Source of the DNA: an uncultured Chloroflexia bacterium
Lineage (GTDB): Bacteria > Chloroflexota > Limnocylindria > Limnocylindrales > CSP1-4
Assembly: GCA_963833225.1 (NCBI GenBank)
Contig: CAWHXD010000017.1
Coordinates: 224,001 to 288,000, forward strand
Direction of reading: 5' to 3'
DNA: 64,000 bases
In this document: in pieces, positions 8,722 through 18,164 of the stretch
Layout of the letters: every line of letters starts with the position of its first letter
Position numbering within the stretch: position 1 is the stretch's first letter
Made by a program: the position numbers and the translations under genes
The notes under the pieces: model-generated
Database searches by the model: none
Told to the model about the DNA's origin: nothing
Seen by the model: the letters and a program-made list of their open reading frames with translations, nothing else

Positions 8722-9771
8722 TCATCCGTCGGGGGCGTCAAGGTCCCGGGCATACGCCGGGAACCGGAAGCGCTGGCTCCGGTTGAGGATCCCGCCGTGC
8801 GCGAGCCGGGCCACGGTCGCAGCGGTGGCCGGCTGGCCCGCGGCCAGGCGCGGCAGGAGGAGATCGGCGGCGGTGGCCATGGAGAACGCGCCGCAGCTCG
8901 GCAGGCCGATCACGACGGTCGGGCCCACCACCGCCATCCAGAGCATGGAACCCGGGTGGGCTGGCACGCCGCGGCGGACGATCCTGCCGCCCAGGCCGTC
9001 GATGGCGGCGAAGAATGGATCGGCCGGGTCGGTGCTCGCGCCACCCGCGGCCAGGACGATGTCGGCGCGGCCGTCGGCGCTGGTCGTGAACGCCGCCAGA
9101 GCTTCGGACACGGCGGCATCGGCATCCTCGACATACCGGATCTCGCCGAGGATCGCCCGCATCCCGGCGGCCTTGGAGCTGATCGCGGCCTCGAACCGCC
9201 GCCGCACGGCGGGCGCCACGTCGCCCTTCACGATCACGGCCATGCGAACACCGCGATAGGCGCGCACCCGCACGATCGGATCGCCGCGACGGGCGATGGC
9301 CTCACCCGCAGCGAGAACGTCCTCGGGGACCACGTGCGGGGCGATCTTGACGCTCGCGACCAGGTCCCCCGGCTCCACGGGCTGGCCGTCGATCACCGTG
9401 AACACCTCGAGCGGATCGATCCGGTTGATCCGTTCCAGTGCCGCCAGGCGGATGTCCACGATCCCGGCCCCGGCCGCCACGAGATCGACCCGGGATTGCG
9501 CCGGCCCGCGCACGACGAGCTCCGGCCGACCCCGAGTGACGGCCGCGGCCAGCCGGATGGCGGCCTCGTCCTCGTGGACGTCCAACGCGTCGGCCACGAT
9601 GACCCTGGCCGCCGGGCCTGCGGGCGCCGCGCCGATCGCCGCGAGGTGGGCGGGGGTGAGCCGCGTTCCCTTGGCAATTCGTCCACCCGCGACGGCAAGG
9701 TCACGGGTGAGGATGGCGCCCAGCAGGTTCGTGGACGGCGTGCGGCCCGGGACGATCTGCTCGAGCCGCAC
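8722..9771 (-). CDS. molybdopterin-binding protein (MoeA/MoCF-biosynthesis-like)
   Basis: VHEDEAAIRLA, GGASTDPAD, GVPAHPGSMLW, GLPSCG..S..TAADLLLPR. Confidence 0.8.
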   Translation of the reverse strand: MRLEQIVPGRTPSTNLLGAILTRDLAVAGGRIAKGTRLTPAHLAAIGAAPAGPAARVIVADALDVHEDEAAIRLAAAVTRGRPELVVRGPAQSRVDLVAAGAGIVDIRLAALERINRIDPLEVFTVIDGQPVEPGDLVASVKIAPHVVPEDVLAAGEAIARRGDPIVRVRAYRGVRMAVIVKGDVAPAVRRRFEAAISSKAAGMRAILGEIRYVEDADAAVSEALAAFTTSADGRADIVLAAGGASTDPADPFFAAIDGLGGRIVRRGVPAHPGSMLWMAVVGPTVVIGLPSCGAFSMATAADLLLPRLAAGQPATAATVARLAHGGILNRSQRFRFPAYARDLDAPDG

Positions 9772-9796
9772 CCGCCGGTTCCGTGGACCGCGCCGC

Positions 9797-10657
9797 TCAG
9801 CCCAGGCGGGCCAGCGCGGCCTCGATCGCGCGCCGCGTGTACACGACGGCCATGGCCGCGCGGTACTCGCTCCCCGCGTGGATGTCCGAGTTGATCTCGA
9901 CCTCGACGGTCACGTGCTGCGCCGCGGCGGCGATCGCGTCCGCCGACCCGTCGCTGCCGACGAGGGCGGACTCCACCTCCGGCGCCCGGTACGCGTGCTC
10001 GTGGACACCGGTCACGCCGATGCCCGCCCGCGCGATGCGCTTGTCGGCGCCCATGATGACCACGGCGGCCACGCCGACCATGGCGTAGCCGGAAGCCGGC
10101 TGTTCAAGCGTCGCGTACGCCGAGCCCGCGTTGTCGAGCGGCGCCGGGAGGATCACCTCCGTCAGCAGCTCGTCATGGCGCATGGCCGTGGCGAAGGCCC
10201 CCTCGAAGAACCCGTCGGCCATCACCGTCCGGGTCCCCGCGGCGGACCGGAGCACGAGCTCCGCATCCAGCGCGAGCAGCGCGGCCGGCAGGTCCGAGGC
10301 CGGGTCCGCGTGGGCGACGGAGCCCCCCACGGTGCCGCGGTTGCGGACCTGGACATCGCCGATCCCGGGCAGCATGTCCTTGAGCACGCCATAGTGCCGG
10401 GCCGGCGAGTCCATGAGCTCCGCGTAGGTCGTCAGCGCGCCAACCGACAGCCGGCCGTCGTCGAGCGTCCGCACGCCGCGAAGCTCCGGGATCCGCCCGA
10501 TGTCCACCAGCGTGGCTGGGTGCGCGAGCCGCAGCTTCATCAGCGGCAGCAGGCTCATGCCGCCCGCGATCACCTTCGCGCCACCATCCGATGCAAGCAT
10601 CCGCAGCGCCTCGTCGAGGCTGCCCGCCCGCGTGTAGCTGAACGCCGCCGGGATCAT
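9797..10657 (-). CDS. coxM: molybdo-hydroxylase FAD subunit (CoxM-like)
   Basis: IAGGMSLLP, QVRNRGTVGGS.AHADPASD; ATGA overlap with coxL stop. Confidence 0.93.
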   Translation of the reverse strand: MIPAAFSYTRAGSLDEALRMLASDGGAKVIAGGMSLLPLMKLRLAHPATLVDIGRIPELRGVRTLDDGRLSVGALTTYAELMDSPARHYGVLKDMLPGIGDVQVRNRGTVGGSVAHADPASDLPAALLALDAELVLRSAAGTRTVMADGFFEGAFATAMRHDELLTEVILPAPLDNAGSAYATLEQPASGYAMVGVAAVVIMGADKRIARAGIGVTGVHEHAYRAPEVESALVGSDGSADAIAAAAQHVTVEVEINSDIHAGSEYRAAMAVVYTRRAIEAALARLG

Positions 10658-13056
10658 GCCTGGCCTCCCTTCGCGCTCTGGATGGCGCCCCACACCTTCT
10701 GCGCCGTGTACGGCATGTCGAGATGCCGGATGCCCAGCGGGCTGAGCGCGTCGATGACGGCGTTCGCCACGGCCGCCGTGCTCGCGATGCACCCCGCCTC
10801 GCCGACGCCCTTGACACCCAGCGGGTTGACCGGCGACGGCGTGATGGTCTCGTCCAGCTCGAAGGCCGGCAGCCACGAGGCCCGCGGGAGCGCGTAGTCC
10901 AGCATGGAGCCGCTGAGCAGCTGGCCGTCGTCGCTGTAGACGGCGCCCTCCCAGAGCGCCTGGCCGATGCCCTGGGCGATGCCTCCGTGGAGCTGGCCGT
11001 CCACGATCATCGGGTTGATCTTCTTGCCGACATCGTCAACCGCCACGTAGCGGACGAGGTCCACGTGGCCGGTCTCCTCGTCCACCTCCACGAGCGCGAT
11101 GTGCGTCCCGAACGGGAACGTGCAGTTGGGGGTGTCGTGGTACGCGGTCTCGTCGAGGTACGGCTCCATCCCCTCCGGGGTGTCGAAGGCCAGGTCGAGC
11201 GCGAACGCGATCTCCTGGATCGTCTTCACCTTGTCGGGCGAGCCCTTGACCCGGTACTCGGCGCCATCGACCTCGATGTCCTCCGGGTTCGCCTCCAGCA
11301 TGTGCGCCGCGTACCGCCGGGCCTTGTCGCGGATCTTGGCGGCCGCCTTGAGAGCGGCCCCGGTCCCGACATTGGACGTCCGCGACCCGTACGAGCCGTA
11401 GCCAAACGGCGTGCCCTGGGTGTCGCTGTGCTGGACGACGATGTCGTCCATCGGGATGCCCAGCTCGTGGCTGATGATCTGGGCGTAGGTGGTCTCGTGG
11501 CCCTGGCCCTGCGGCTGGGTGCCCATGGTGACGACGACCTTGCCGGTGAGGTGGACCTTGATGTTGGACGACTCCCACATCGCCGCGCCCCAGCCCTCGC
11601 CGACGGCCCCGATCCACTTCGATGGCGCGACGCCGCAGACCTCGATGTACGTAGAGAGGCCGATGCCGAACAGCTTGCCTCGCGCCTTTGCCTCGGCCCG
11701 TTTCGCGGCGACGTCCGCGTAGCCCGCCATCGCGAGCGCCTTGTCCAGCGCCGGCTCGTAGTTGCCCGAGTCGATGTACAGCTTGGAGCCGTTGACGGCG
11801 GTCAGGAGCCCCGATGGGTTGTCGTACGGGAAGCTGTCGGGTGGCAGGAAGTTCCGCCGCCGGATCTCCGCGGCGTCGATCCCCAGCTCGTCGGCGACGA
11901 GGTCCATCGCCCGCTCCACGACGTAGGTCGCCTCCGGACGGCCGGCGCCACGGTACGCGTCCACGAACGTGGTGTTGGTGTAGACGCCGGTGACCTCGCA
12001 ATGGACGTTCGGGATCTTGTACGGCCCCGAGAGGATGCGGCCATACAGCGTCGTCGGGATGCCGGGGCCGATCGTGGACAGGCGGCCGCCGAGGTTGGCG
12101 TAGGTCTTGACGCGCAGCCCCTGGACCTCGCCGGTCTTGGTCGCGGCGGCCTCCAGGTACGTGATGTGGTCGCGGCCGTGGATCGTGCTCTGGTAGTTCT
12201 CGCGCCGGCTCTCGACCCACTTGACGGGGCGCCCGCCGATCGCCTTGCTGGCCCACATGACGAGCGCCATGTCCGCGTAGCAGAAGATCTTGGTGCCGAA
12301 GGCCCCACCGACGTCGGGGCTGATGCAGCGCACCTTATGCTCGGGGATGCCGGTCACGAAGGCCGTCAGCAGCAGCCGCTGGATGTGCGGCGTCTGGCTG
12401 GACATCCAGACCGTGTACTCATCCGTGCCCGGGTTGTACCAACCGATGTCACCCCGGACCTCCATCGGGTTGGGGATCAGTCGCTGGTTCACGACGCGCT
12501 GCCGGACGATGACCTCGGCCGCGTCGAAGGCGGCATCGGTGCCGCTCTTGTCGCCGACGGCCCACTCGAACACGACGTTGTTGGGCGCGTTCTCGTGCAG
12601 CTGGGGGGCGCCGGGCTGGGTGGCCTTCTCGGCATCCACCACGGCCGGGAGCGGCTCCCACTCCACCCGGATCAGCTCCAGGGCGTCCACGGCCTGCTCC
12701 GGCGTCTCCGCGACCACCGCGGCCACGCCCTCGCCGGTCCACTTGACCGAGTCCGTGGCGAGCACCCGGGGCATGTTGACGTTGTTCGTGATGCCGCTCG
12801 CCCCGCCTGCCGGCCAGGCCATCGGGAGCGGGTTGTACGGGATGTCGGCGCCGACGAACACGGCCAGGACGCCGGGGGCCGTCTTCGCGGCCGAGATGTC
12901 GATCGACCGGATGTTCGCGTGCGCGTATGGACTGCGCAGGATCGACATGTGGACCATGCCGGGCATGCTGATGTCATCGAGATAGCGACCCTGGCCCGTG
13001 ATGAACCGGGGATCTTCGACCCGCTTGACGGGTGCGCCGAGGACGTCGGTGGTCAC
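10654..13056 (-). CDS. coxL: xanthine dehydrogenase-family molybdopterin subunit, form II CoxL-like
   Basis: GGAFGTK, active-site loop AYRGAGR (form II, not AYXCSFR), GQGHET, GVKGVGEAG. Confidence 0.93.
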   Translation of the reverse strand: MTTDVLGAPVKRVEDPRFITGQGRYLDDISMPGMVHMSILRSPYAHANIRSIDISAAKTAPGVLAVFVGADIPYNPLPMAWPAGGASGITNNVNMPRVLATDSVKWTGEGVAAVVAETPEQAVDALELIRVEWEPLPAVVDAEKATQPGAPQLHENAPNNVVFEWAVGDKSGTDAAFDAAEVIVRQRVVNQRLIPNPMEVRGDIGWYNPGTDEYTVWMSSQTPHIQRLLLTAFVTGIPEHKVRCISPDVGGAFGTKIFCYADMALVMWASKAIGGRPVKWVESRRENYQSTIHGRDHITYLEAAATKTGEVQGLRVKTYANLGGRLSTIGPGIPTTLYGRILSGPYKIPNVHCEVTGVYTNTTFVDAYRGAGRPEATYVVERAMDLVADELGIDAAEIRRRNFLPPDSFPYDNPSGLLTAVNGSKLYIDSGNYEPALDKALAMAGYADVAAKRAEAKARGKLFGIGLSTYIEVCGVAPSKWIGAVGEGWGAAMWESSNIKVHLTGKVVVTMGTQPQGQGHETTYAQIISHELGIPMDDIVVQHSDTQGTPFGYGSYGSRTSNVGTGAALKAAAKIRDKARRYAAHMLEANPEDIEVDGAEYRVKGSPDKVKTIQEIAFALDLAFDTPEGMEPYLDETAYHDTPNCTFPFGTHIALVEVDEETGHVDLVRYVAVDDVGKKINPMIVDGQLHGGIAQGIGQALWEGAVYSDDGQLLSGSMLDYALPRASWLPAFELDETITPSPVNPLGVKGVGEAGCIASTAAVANAVIDALSPLGIRHLDMPYTAQKVWGAIQSAKGGQA

Positions 13057-13067
13057 GTCGCGCCTCC

Positions 13068-13565
13068 TCAGGCCGTGGCGACGGGGGTGGCCCCGTCACG
13101 CATGGCCCGGGCCGCCTCGCGGACCGCGACCACGATGTTGTGGTAGCCGGTGCAGCGGCAGATGTTGCCCTCGATCGCGTGCCGGATCTCGGTGTCGGTG
13201 GGATCGGCATTGCGCGCGAGCAGGTCGGCCGCGGCCATGATCATCCCGGGCGTGCAGAACCCGCACTGGAGGCCATGCTTCTCCCAGAACGCGTTCTGGA
13301 GGGGGTGCAGGGCGCCGACGTCACCCATCCCCTCGATGGTGGTGACGCTCGAGCCGTCCGCCTGGACGGCGAGCATCGTGCAGCTCTTCACGGCCCGGCC
13401 ATCCAGGTGCACCGTGCACGCCCCGCACTGGCTCGTGTCGCAGCCCACGTGGGTGCCGGTGAGCCCCAGGTCCTCCCGCAGGACCTGGACGAGGAGCCTG
13501 CGGGGCTCGACATCGACCTCCCGTGGTTCACCGTTCACCTCGAGGGCGACGTGCAGCTCGGTCAC
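13068..13565 (-). CDS. coxS: 2x[2Fe-2S] subunit (CoxS-like)
   Basis: [27 protein letters not shown]; GAGGAGG RBS before GTG 13565. Confidence 0.95.
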   Translation of the reverse strand: MTELHVALEVNGEPREVDVEPRRLLVQVLREDLGLTGTHVGCDTSQCGACTVHLDGRAVKSCTMLAVQADGSSVTTIEGMGDVGALHPLQNAFWEKHGLQCGFCTPGMIMAAADLLARNADPTDTEIRHAIEGNICRCTGYHNIVVAVREAARAMRDGATPVATA

Positions 13566-13954
13566 CGGGACGACCTCCTCGCCGACATCGGCGGTCTGGG
13601 CGCCGGGTCGTGGACCCGGCGGGTGCGCAGGACCTGTGGCCCACTCCGACCGGGCCAACTGGCTCCCGGAGCGAGGCTCCCCGATGGTGGCAGGATCGAG
13701 GGCTCGGCGCAACCCGGGACTTCGGTGGGTCCTGGTGAGGGGGCCACGGGGCGGGGCGGGCCGATCGGGCGGACACCCGCCCAACTCACCCTGTGCATCG
13801 GATCCGGGCCTGCGCCGCACGCTCGCGACACGCAGCGCGGGTTCGGACGCATCGGCCTGCGGCCCAGACAGCATTCCGATGCGTCCCGTGAGTTGCGGCC
13901 CGGCCAGGGGCGGCACGTAAGCCGCCGGTAAGCGGCGACCGCTACAACTCGGAC

Positions 13955-14827
13955 ATGTCACCGCTCGCGCGCATTCCGCTCCTCCCGGGCACGCTCAACG
14001 AGCGGGTGGCGGAGCTGGTCAGGACCACCCGGACGGCCATCGGCTGGAGCCAGGACGAGCTCGCCGATCGCGCACTCACGTCGCAGACCAAGATCTGGCG
14101 GATCGAACACACCCTCGCCGGCGCGGCTGATCTCGAGACCCTTGATCGAGTGCTCACGCAGCTCGGCCTGAGGGTCACCCTCGAGATCGAGGGCCGCCAC
14201 CTGGCGCAGCGAGTTGAACAGCGCGACATCGTCCACGCCTTGCTGGTGGGGGCGCTTGCGTCGCGGCTGCGCCGTGCCGGCTGGCTGGTCGCGTCCGAGG
14301 TGGCCACCGGATCCCGCGCACCAACCGGCTGGATCGACCTGCTCGCCTTCCGGGAGGCAGACGCGGCGCTCCTGATGTCCAAGGTGAAGGCGGCCATCCC
14401 GGACGTCGGCGGCCTGCAGCGCCAGGTCCGGTTCTACGAGCGCGAGGCTGTGTGGGCGGCGCGGCGCGAGGGCTGGCAGCCCGCAACCACCGCGAGCCTC
14501 GTCGCGTGCCTGGACTCCGCCGAGGTCGCGGATGTCCTCACTCGGAACCGGTCGCTGCTGGCAGCGGAGTTCCCGGGGAATCCCGTGGGACTCGAGGCGT
14601 GGCTGCTCTCCCCAAACGCCCCCAGGCCACGGCCCCGGACGATGGCCGCCATCGATCTGGCTCATCGTCGTCGCCCGGGACTCCGGCGAACCGCGCTCAC
14701 GGGCCGTCGTTCGGCGCCTGTCTATGGCGACTACGCTGCCGCAGCGCGCTCCCTCATCCGGCCGGTGCCACGTCGCGCAGGGCGGCCTCATAGGCGTCCG
14801 CCATCAGGCGGATCTCGGCCTCGGTGA
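13955..14827 (+). CDS. XRE-type HTH protein fused to a PD-(D/E)xK-like domain
   Basis: [27 protein letters not shown]; then EV...GWIDLLAF...LLMSKVK. Confidence 0.7.
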   Translation: MSPLARIPLLPGTLNERVAELVRTTRTAIGWSQDELADRALTSQTKIWRIEHTLAGAADLETLDRVLTQLGLRVTLEIEGRHLAQRVEQRDIVHALLVGALASRLRRAGWLVASEVATGSRAPTGWIDLLAFREADAALLMSKVKAAIPDVGGLQRQVRFYEREAVWAARREGWQPATTASLVACLDSAEVADVLTRNRSLLAAEFPGNPVGLEAWLLSPNAPRPRPRTMAAIDLAHRRRPGLRRTALTGRRSAPVYGDYAAAARSLIRPVPRRAGRPHRRPPSGGSRPR

Positions 14828-16013
14828 TCACGAACGCCGGCGAGACGTGCAGCGCGACGCCGCGCAGGTTCCGGGTCAGCACGCCGTGGTGCCTGGCCGC
14901 GCCCACGACCTTGTCGACGATCCCGGGGTCGGCGGCACGCGCCTCGGCGGAAAGCTCGACCGCGGCGGTGAGCCCGACGGTCCGGACCTCGGACACGAGC
15001 GGTGCCGCGAGGAGCCGGCCCATCTCGCGCTCGAGCACGGGCTCGAGGCTGCGCACGCGGCCCACGAGGTCGTCGCGCTCCATGAGATCGAGGTTGGCCA
15101 TGCCCGCGGCACACGCCGTCGCATGCCCGGAGTAGGTGTAGCCGTGGCGGAAGACGGCGCCCGGGATGGGGTCGTCCCAGAACGGCGCGCGGACCCGCGG
15201 ACCCGCGATCACGCCGCCCAGCGGCACGTAGCCGGAGGTGATGCCCTTGGCGAACGTGATCATGTCGGGCTCGATGCCGTAGCGCGTGCTCCCCCACCAC
15301 TGCCCGGTCCGGCCGAACCCGGTGACGATCTCGTCGGCGATGAGCAGGATGTCGTGCCGCCGGCACAGCGCCTGGACCTCGTCGAAGTACCCGTCGCGTG
15401 GCGGGATCACGCCACCCGCCCCGACCACGGGCTCCGCGTAGAACGCGGCGATCTCACCGCTCCGGGCCTCGAACAGCGCCGCGAGCGCCTCGAGATCGTG
15501 GGTCCCGACCACCACGATGTCACCGACGAGCGGCCCGTAGCCGGCCTTGTTGGACGGGATCCCGGCGAGCGACGTGCCAAACGCGGCCATGCCGTGGTAG
15601 CTGTGCTCGCGCGACACCATGACCTGCTTCTCCGGCCGGCCCATGACATCCCAGTACCGCCGGGCGAGCTTGGCCGCGGTGTCCACGGCCTCGGAACCGC
15701 CGCTGGTGAAGAACACGACGGCGTTGTCCATCGGCGCCATCGCGGCGATCCGGGCCGCCAGCTCCACGGTGGGCTCGGTCGTGTAGGCCCCGAACGACGA
15801 ATAGGCGCTCAGCTTCCGGAGCTGGGCGGCAACGGCATCGGCGATCTCCACCCGCCCGAACCCGGCGTTCGCGTACCACAGCCCCGCGGTCGCATCGAGG
15901 TAGCGGTTGCCGGCCACGTCGGTCACCCAGACCCCGTCGCCGTCACGGATCACGAGCTCTGCGTCCTTGACGACATGCATGTCGGCGAAGCCGTGCCAGA
16001 AGGAAGTGCTCAA
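14754..16013 (-). CDS. class III aminotransferase (omega-amino acid/diamine type)
   Basis: YLDATAGLW, SGGSEAVD, YHG, IADEIVTGFGRTG, FAKGITSG, HGYTYSGH. Confidence 0.93.
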   Translation of the reverse strand: MSTSFWHGFADMHVVKDAELVIRDGDGVWVTDVAGNRYLDATAGLWYANAGFGRVEIADAVAAQLRKLSAYSSFGAYTTEPTVELAARIAAMAPMDNAVVFFTSGGSEAVDTAAKLARRYWDVMGRPEKQVMVSREHSYHGMAAFGTSLAGIPSNKAGYGPLVGDIVVVGTHDLEALAALFEARSGEIAAFYAEPVVGAGGVIPPRDGYFDEVQALCRRHDILLIADEIVTGFGRTGQWWGSTRYGIEPDMITFAKGITSGYVPLGGVIAGPRVRAPFWDDPIPGAVFRHGYTYSGHATACAAGMANLDLMERDDLVGRVRSLEPVLEREMGRLLAAPLVSEVRTVGLTAAVELSAEARAADPGIVDKVVGAARHHGVLTRNLRGVALHVSPAFVITEAEIRLMADAYEAALRDVAPAG

Positions 16014-17080
16014 TTCGGGCTCCTCGGGGTGCGCTTGGCGGGCGATTTGGCGGGCGATTTGGCGGGCGATTTGGCGGGCGCGCCGGCCAGGCCGGGCGGG
16101 ATCGATCCGTGGGTCAGGATCCGCCTGTCGAGGCCGGCATCAACAGCCTCGCGTGCCGGCATGCCGGCGAGCGTCGCGGCCCGGGTCAGGGCCTCGAGGG
16201 CGATCTTCGCATCGGCGGGCGCAAGGTCCGCCAGCGACGAAGCGTTGGCCAGGCCCACCCGGGCCAGCCCGCGTCCGTTGGAGGAAGCGGCGTACTGGGC
16301 CGCCCAGACGAGCTCCGGGGCTTGGTCCAGCTGCTCCCTGCCATCACCCGCCCGCAGGGCCGCGCAGATGATCCCGCGCTCCGTCGGCGCGGCGCGCACC
16401 AGGTGCCAGTTGTCGGGACCGGCGATCAGGTCAAACAGGAATGACGCGTAGGGAGCTCCCAGGATCGCTTCCGCCCCAGCCTCCGCCGCCGACCCGCCGG
16501 TGATCGCGAGCATGACGTGCATCTCGCCGGCGCGCGCCAGGAGCTGCCGGTGCGCCTCGAGGAACGCCGCCCTCGCGGATTCGTCGGCGCCAATCGCGAC
16601 CGCGGACGGCTCGAGCACCTGGACCACCGGGCAGCCGGCCTCGGCGAGGGCTTGGAGCTCGCCCGCAAGTAGGCCGGCGAGCTCGCTCGCGCGGAGGAAT
16701 ACGGCCGCGGCGCCGGCCGCGGCATCCGCCTCGATGGACGCCAGGGTCAACGGACCTGCCACGGCCTGCGCCACCGGCACATCCGTCAGCTCCGCGGCGG
16801 CCCGCCAGGTCCGGACGGCCAGGCCGTCCCGGCCGGTGTCGCCGGCGTGCAGCGCCTCGAGGACGGCTCGGGCCGGATCCGCCCATCGCACGGAGCCATC
16901 GGTGATCAGCCCCATTCCAGCCTGGGCCTGCGCGGCGATCGCCTCCGCGACAACCTGGTCCACGGCCCTCGAGAGCGCCGCGGTCGGCACCCGCCCGGCC
17001 TCCGCGTCCGCTTCGAGCGTGTCGAGTCGGACGCCATCGGTCGTCTCGCGGGGCCACGGCCCCAGAAGCATGGCGAACAT
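16010..17080 (-). CDS. MetE/UROD-fold protein (cobalamin-independent methionine synthase-like, degenerate)
   Basis: EAIAAQAQAGMGLITDG..RW, AGPLTLA, LAEAGCPVVQVLEP; His-x-Cys and Cys zinc ligands not seen. Confidence 0.7.
   Translation of the reverse strand: MFAMLLGPWPRETTDGVRLDTLEADAEAGRVPTAALSRAVDQVVAEAIAAQAQAGMGLITDGSVRWADPARAVLEALHAGDTGRDGLAVRTWRAAAELTDVPVAQAVAGPLTLASIEADAAAGAAAVFLRASELAGLLAGELQALAEAGCPVVQVLEPSAVAIGADESARAAFLEAHRQLLARAGEMHVMLAITGGSAAEAGAEAILGAPYASFLFDLIAGPDNWHLVRAAPTERGIICAALRAGDGREQLDQAPELVWAAQYAASSNGRGLARVGLANASSLADLAPADAKIALEALTRAATLAGMPAREAVDAGLDRRILTHGSIPPGLAGAPAKSPAKSPAKSPAKRTPRSPN
16035..16080 (+). repeat. 12-bp tandem repeat TTGGCGGGCGAT x3.8 (encodes PAKS repeats)
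   Basis: Read directly in the sequence. Confidence 0.9.
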
Positions 17081-17273
17081 GTGACAGATGCTACCGGGCC
17101 GGCCCATCTGCCGGGCATCGCGAGGCGAACCGGAGACGATGGAAGCCCTGCTCCTCCCCTCCGGGTCGCTCGCCTTCTCGGAGCTCGGCGGGGTGGCGCC
17201 CGCGCCGATCAGCCGTCCCACGGCCCCCGCGTATGATCAAGGCGCGAACAACGATTCCACCAGGGAGGGTCGC

Positions 17274-17891
17274 TTGCGGGAATCAGAGGACGGTCGTGCC
17301 CAGCGCCGGGCGGAGGACGTTGACCTCCTGGCGCGGATCGTCGCCAGGGACGAGCGGGCAGTGGAAGCCCTCTATGCCCGGTACTCCGGCCCGCTGTACT
17401 CGCTCGCCTACCAGGTCACCGGCGCCGAACGCTTCGCCCAGGACGTGGTCCAGGAGGTGTTCGTCGCCCTGTGGCGTGACGCGTCCCGGTTCGATCCGGC
17501 GAAGGGAGCGGTGGCTCCCTGGCTGTTCTCGCTCGCTCGTCACAAGGCGATCGACCTCGTCCGCCGCGAGGCGAACATCCGCAAGCGGACCGCCGACGTG
17601 GATCTCGAGCTCCATGAAGCGGAGGACGACGTTGACCAGGAGACCTGGCTCAGCTTCCGCCGCGAGCGGGTCCGGGCCGCGATCGAGCAGCTGACGCCTG
17701 ACCAGCGCGAGGCCCTCGAGCTCGCCTTCTTCGGTGGCCTCACCCACGTCGAGGTCTCCGCCAAGCTGGGCATCCCGCTGGGAACGGCCAAGACCCGGAT
17801 CCGCAGCGCGCTCCTGCGCCTGCGCGACATCCTCGGCGACTCCGTCTCCGAGCTGCCGGCCTCACAGGGCCTCCAGGGCGCCGACGCATGA
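17274..17891 (+). CDS. ECF RNA polymerase sigma factor (SigK-like)
   Basis: AQDVVQEVF..LW, WL..ARHKAID, LGIPLGTAKTRIRSAL; TTG start after AGGGAGG. Confidence 0.92.
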   Translation: MRESEDGRAQRRAEDVDLLARIVARDERAVEALYARYSGPLYSLAYQVTGAERFAQDVVQEVFVALWRDASRFDPAKGAVAPWLFSLARHKAIDLVRREANIRKRTADVDLELHEAEDDVDQETWLSFRRERVRAAIEQLTPDQREALELAFFGGLTHVEVSAKLGIPLGTAKTRIRSALLRLRDILGDSVSELPASQGLQGADA

Positions 17892-18136
17892 TCCACGACG
17901 ATGCCGCGTTGATGCTCGCCGCCGGGTCCGTCCTCGGGGACCTGGCGCCTGACGAGCGTGCGGCGTATCAAGGGCACCGGGACAGCTGCGTCGAGTGTCG
18001 CCAGGTCGAGCGGGAGCTGGACCAGGTGATGACCGATCTCTCCCTGGCCGCCCCGGAACGCGTGCCGCCGCCCGGGCTACTGGATGACGTCCGGCGAGCG
18101 CTGGCTGCGGAGCGGCAACGGCCGGTGACCCGCTGA
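17888..18136 (+). CDS. zinc-binding anti-sigma (ZAS) domain protein
   Basis: H...HRDSCVEC (HxxxCxxC); ATGA-coupled to the sigma gene. Confidence 0.85.
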   Translation: MIHDDAALMLAAGSVLGDLAPDERAAYQGHRDSCVECRQVERELDQVMTDLSLAAPERVPPPGLLDDVRRALAAERQRPVTR

Positions 18137-18164
18137 CCTCCCGGCGGCGAGCTGTCGGCCCGCC

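Noticed and set aside
10654-13056. Bona fide aerobic CO dehydrogenase
   Set aside because: It has the form II motif AYRGAGR and S-L-M gene order.
10723-13146. Long antisense and alternate-frame ORFs (also 19747-21921, 23749-26163, 36582-38828)
   Set aside because: These are shadow ORFs typical of very high GC DNA; they are Arg/Pro/Gly-rich and overlap well-supported genes.
13566-13954. Moco riboswitch in the coxS leader
   Set aside because: GC-rich hairpins are possible, but I could not recognise the motif; an Rfam search would be needed.
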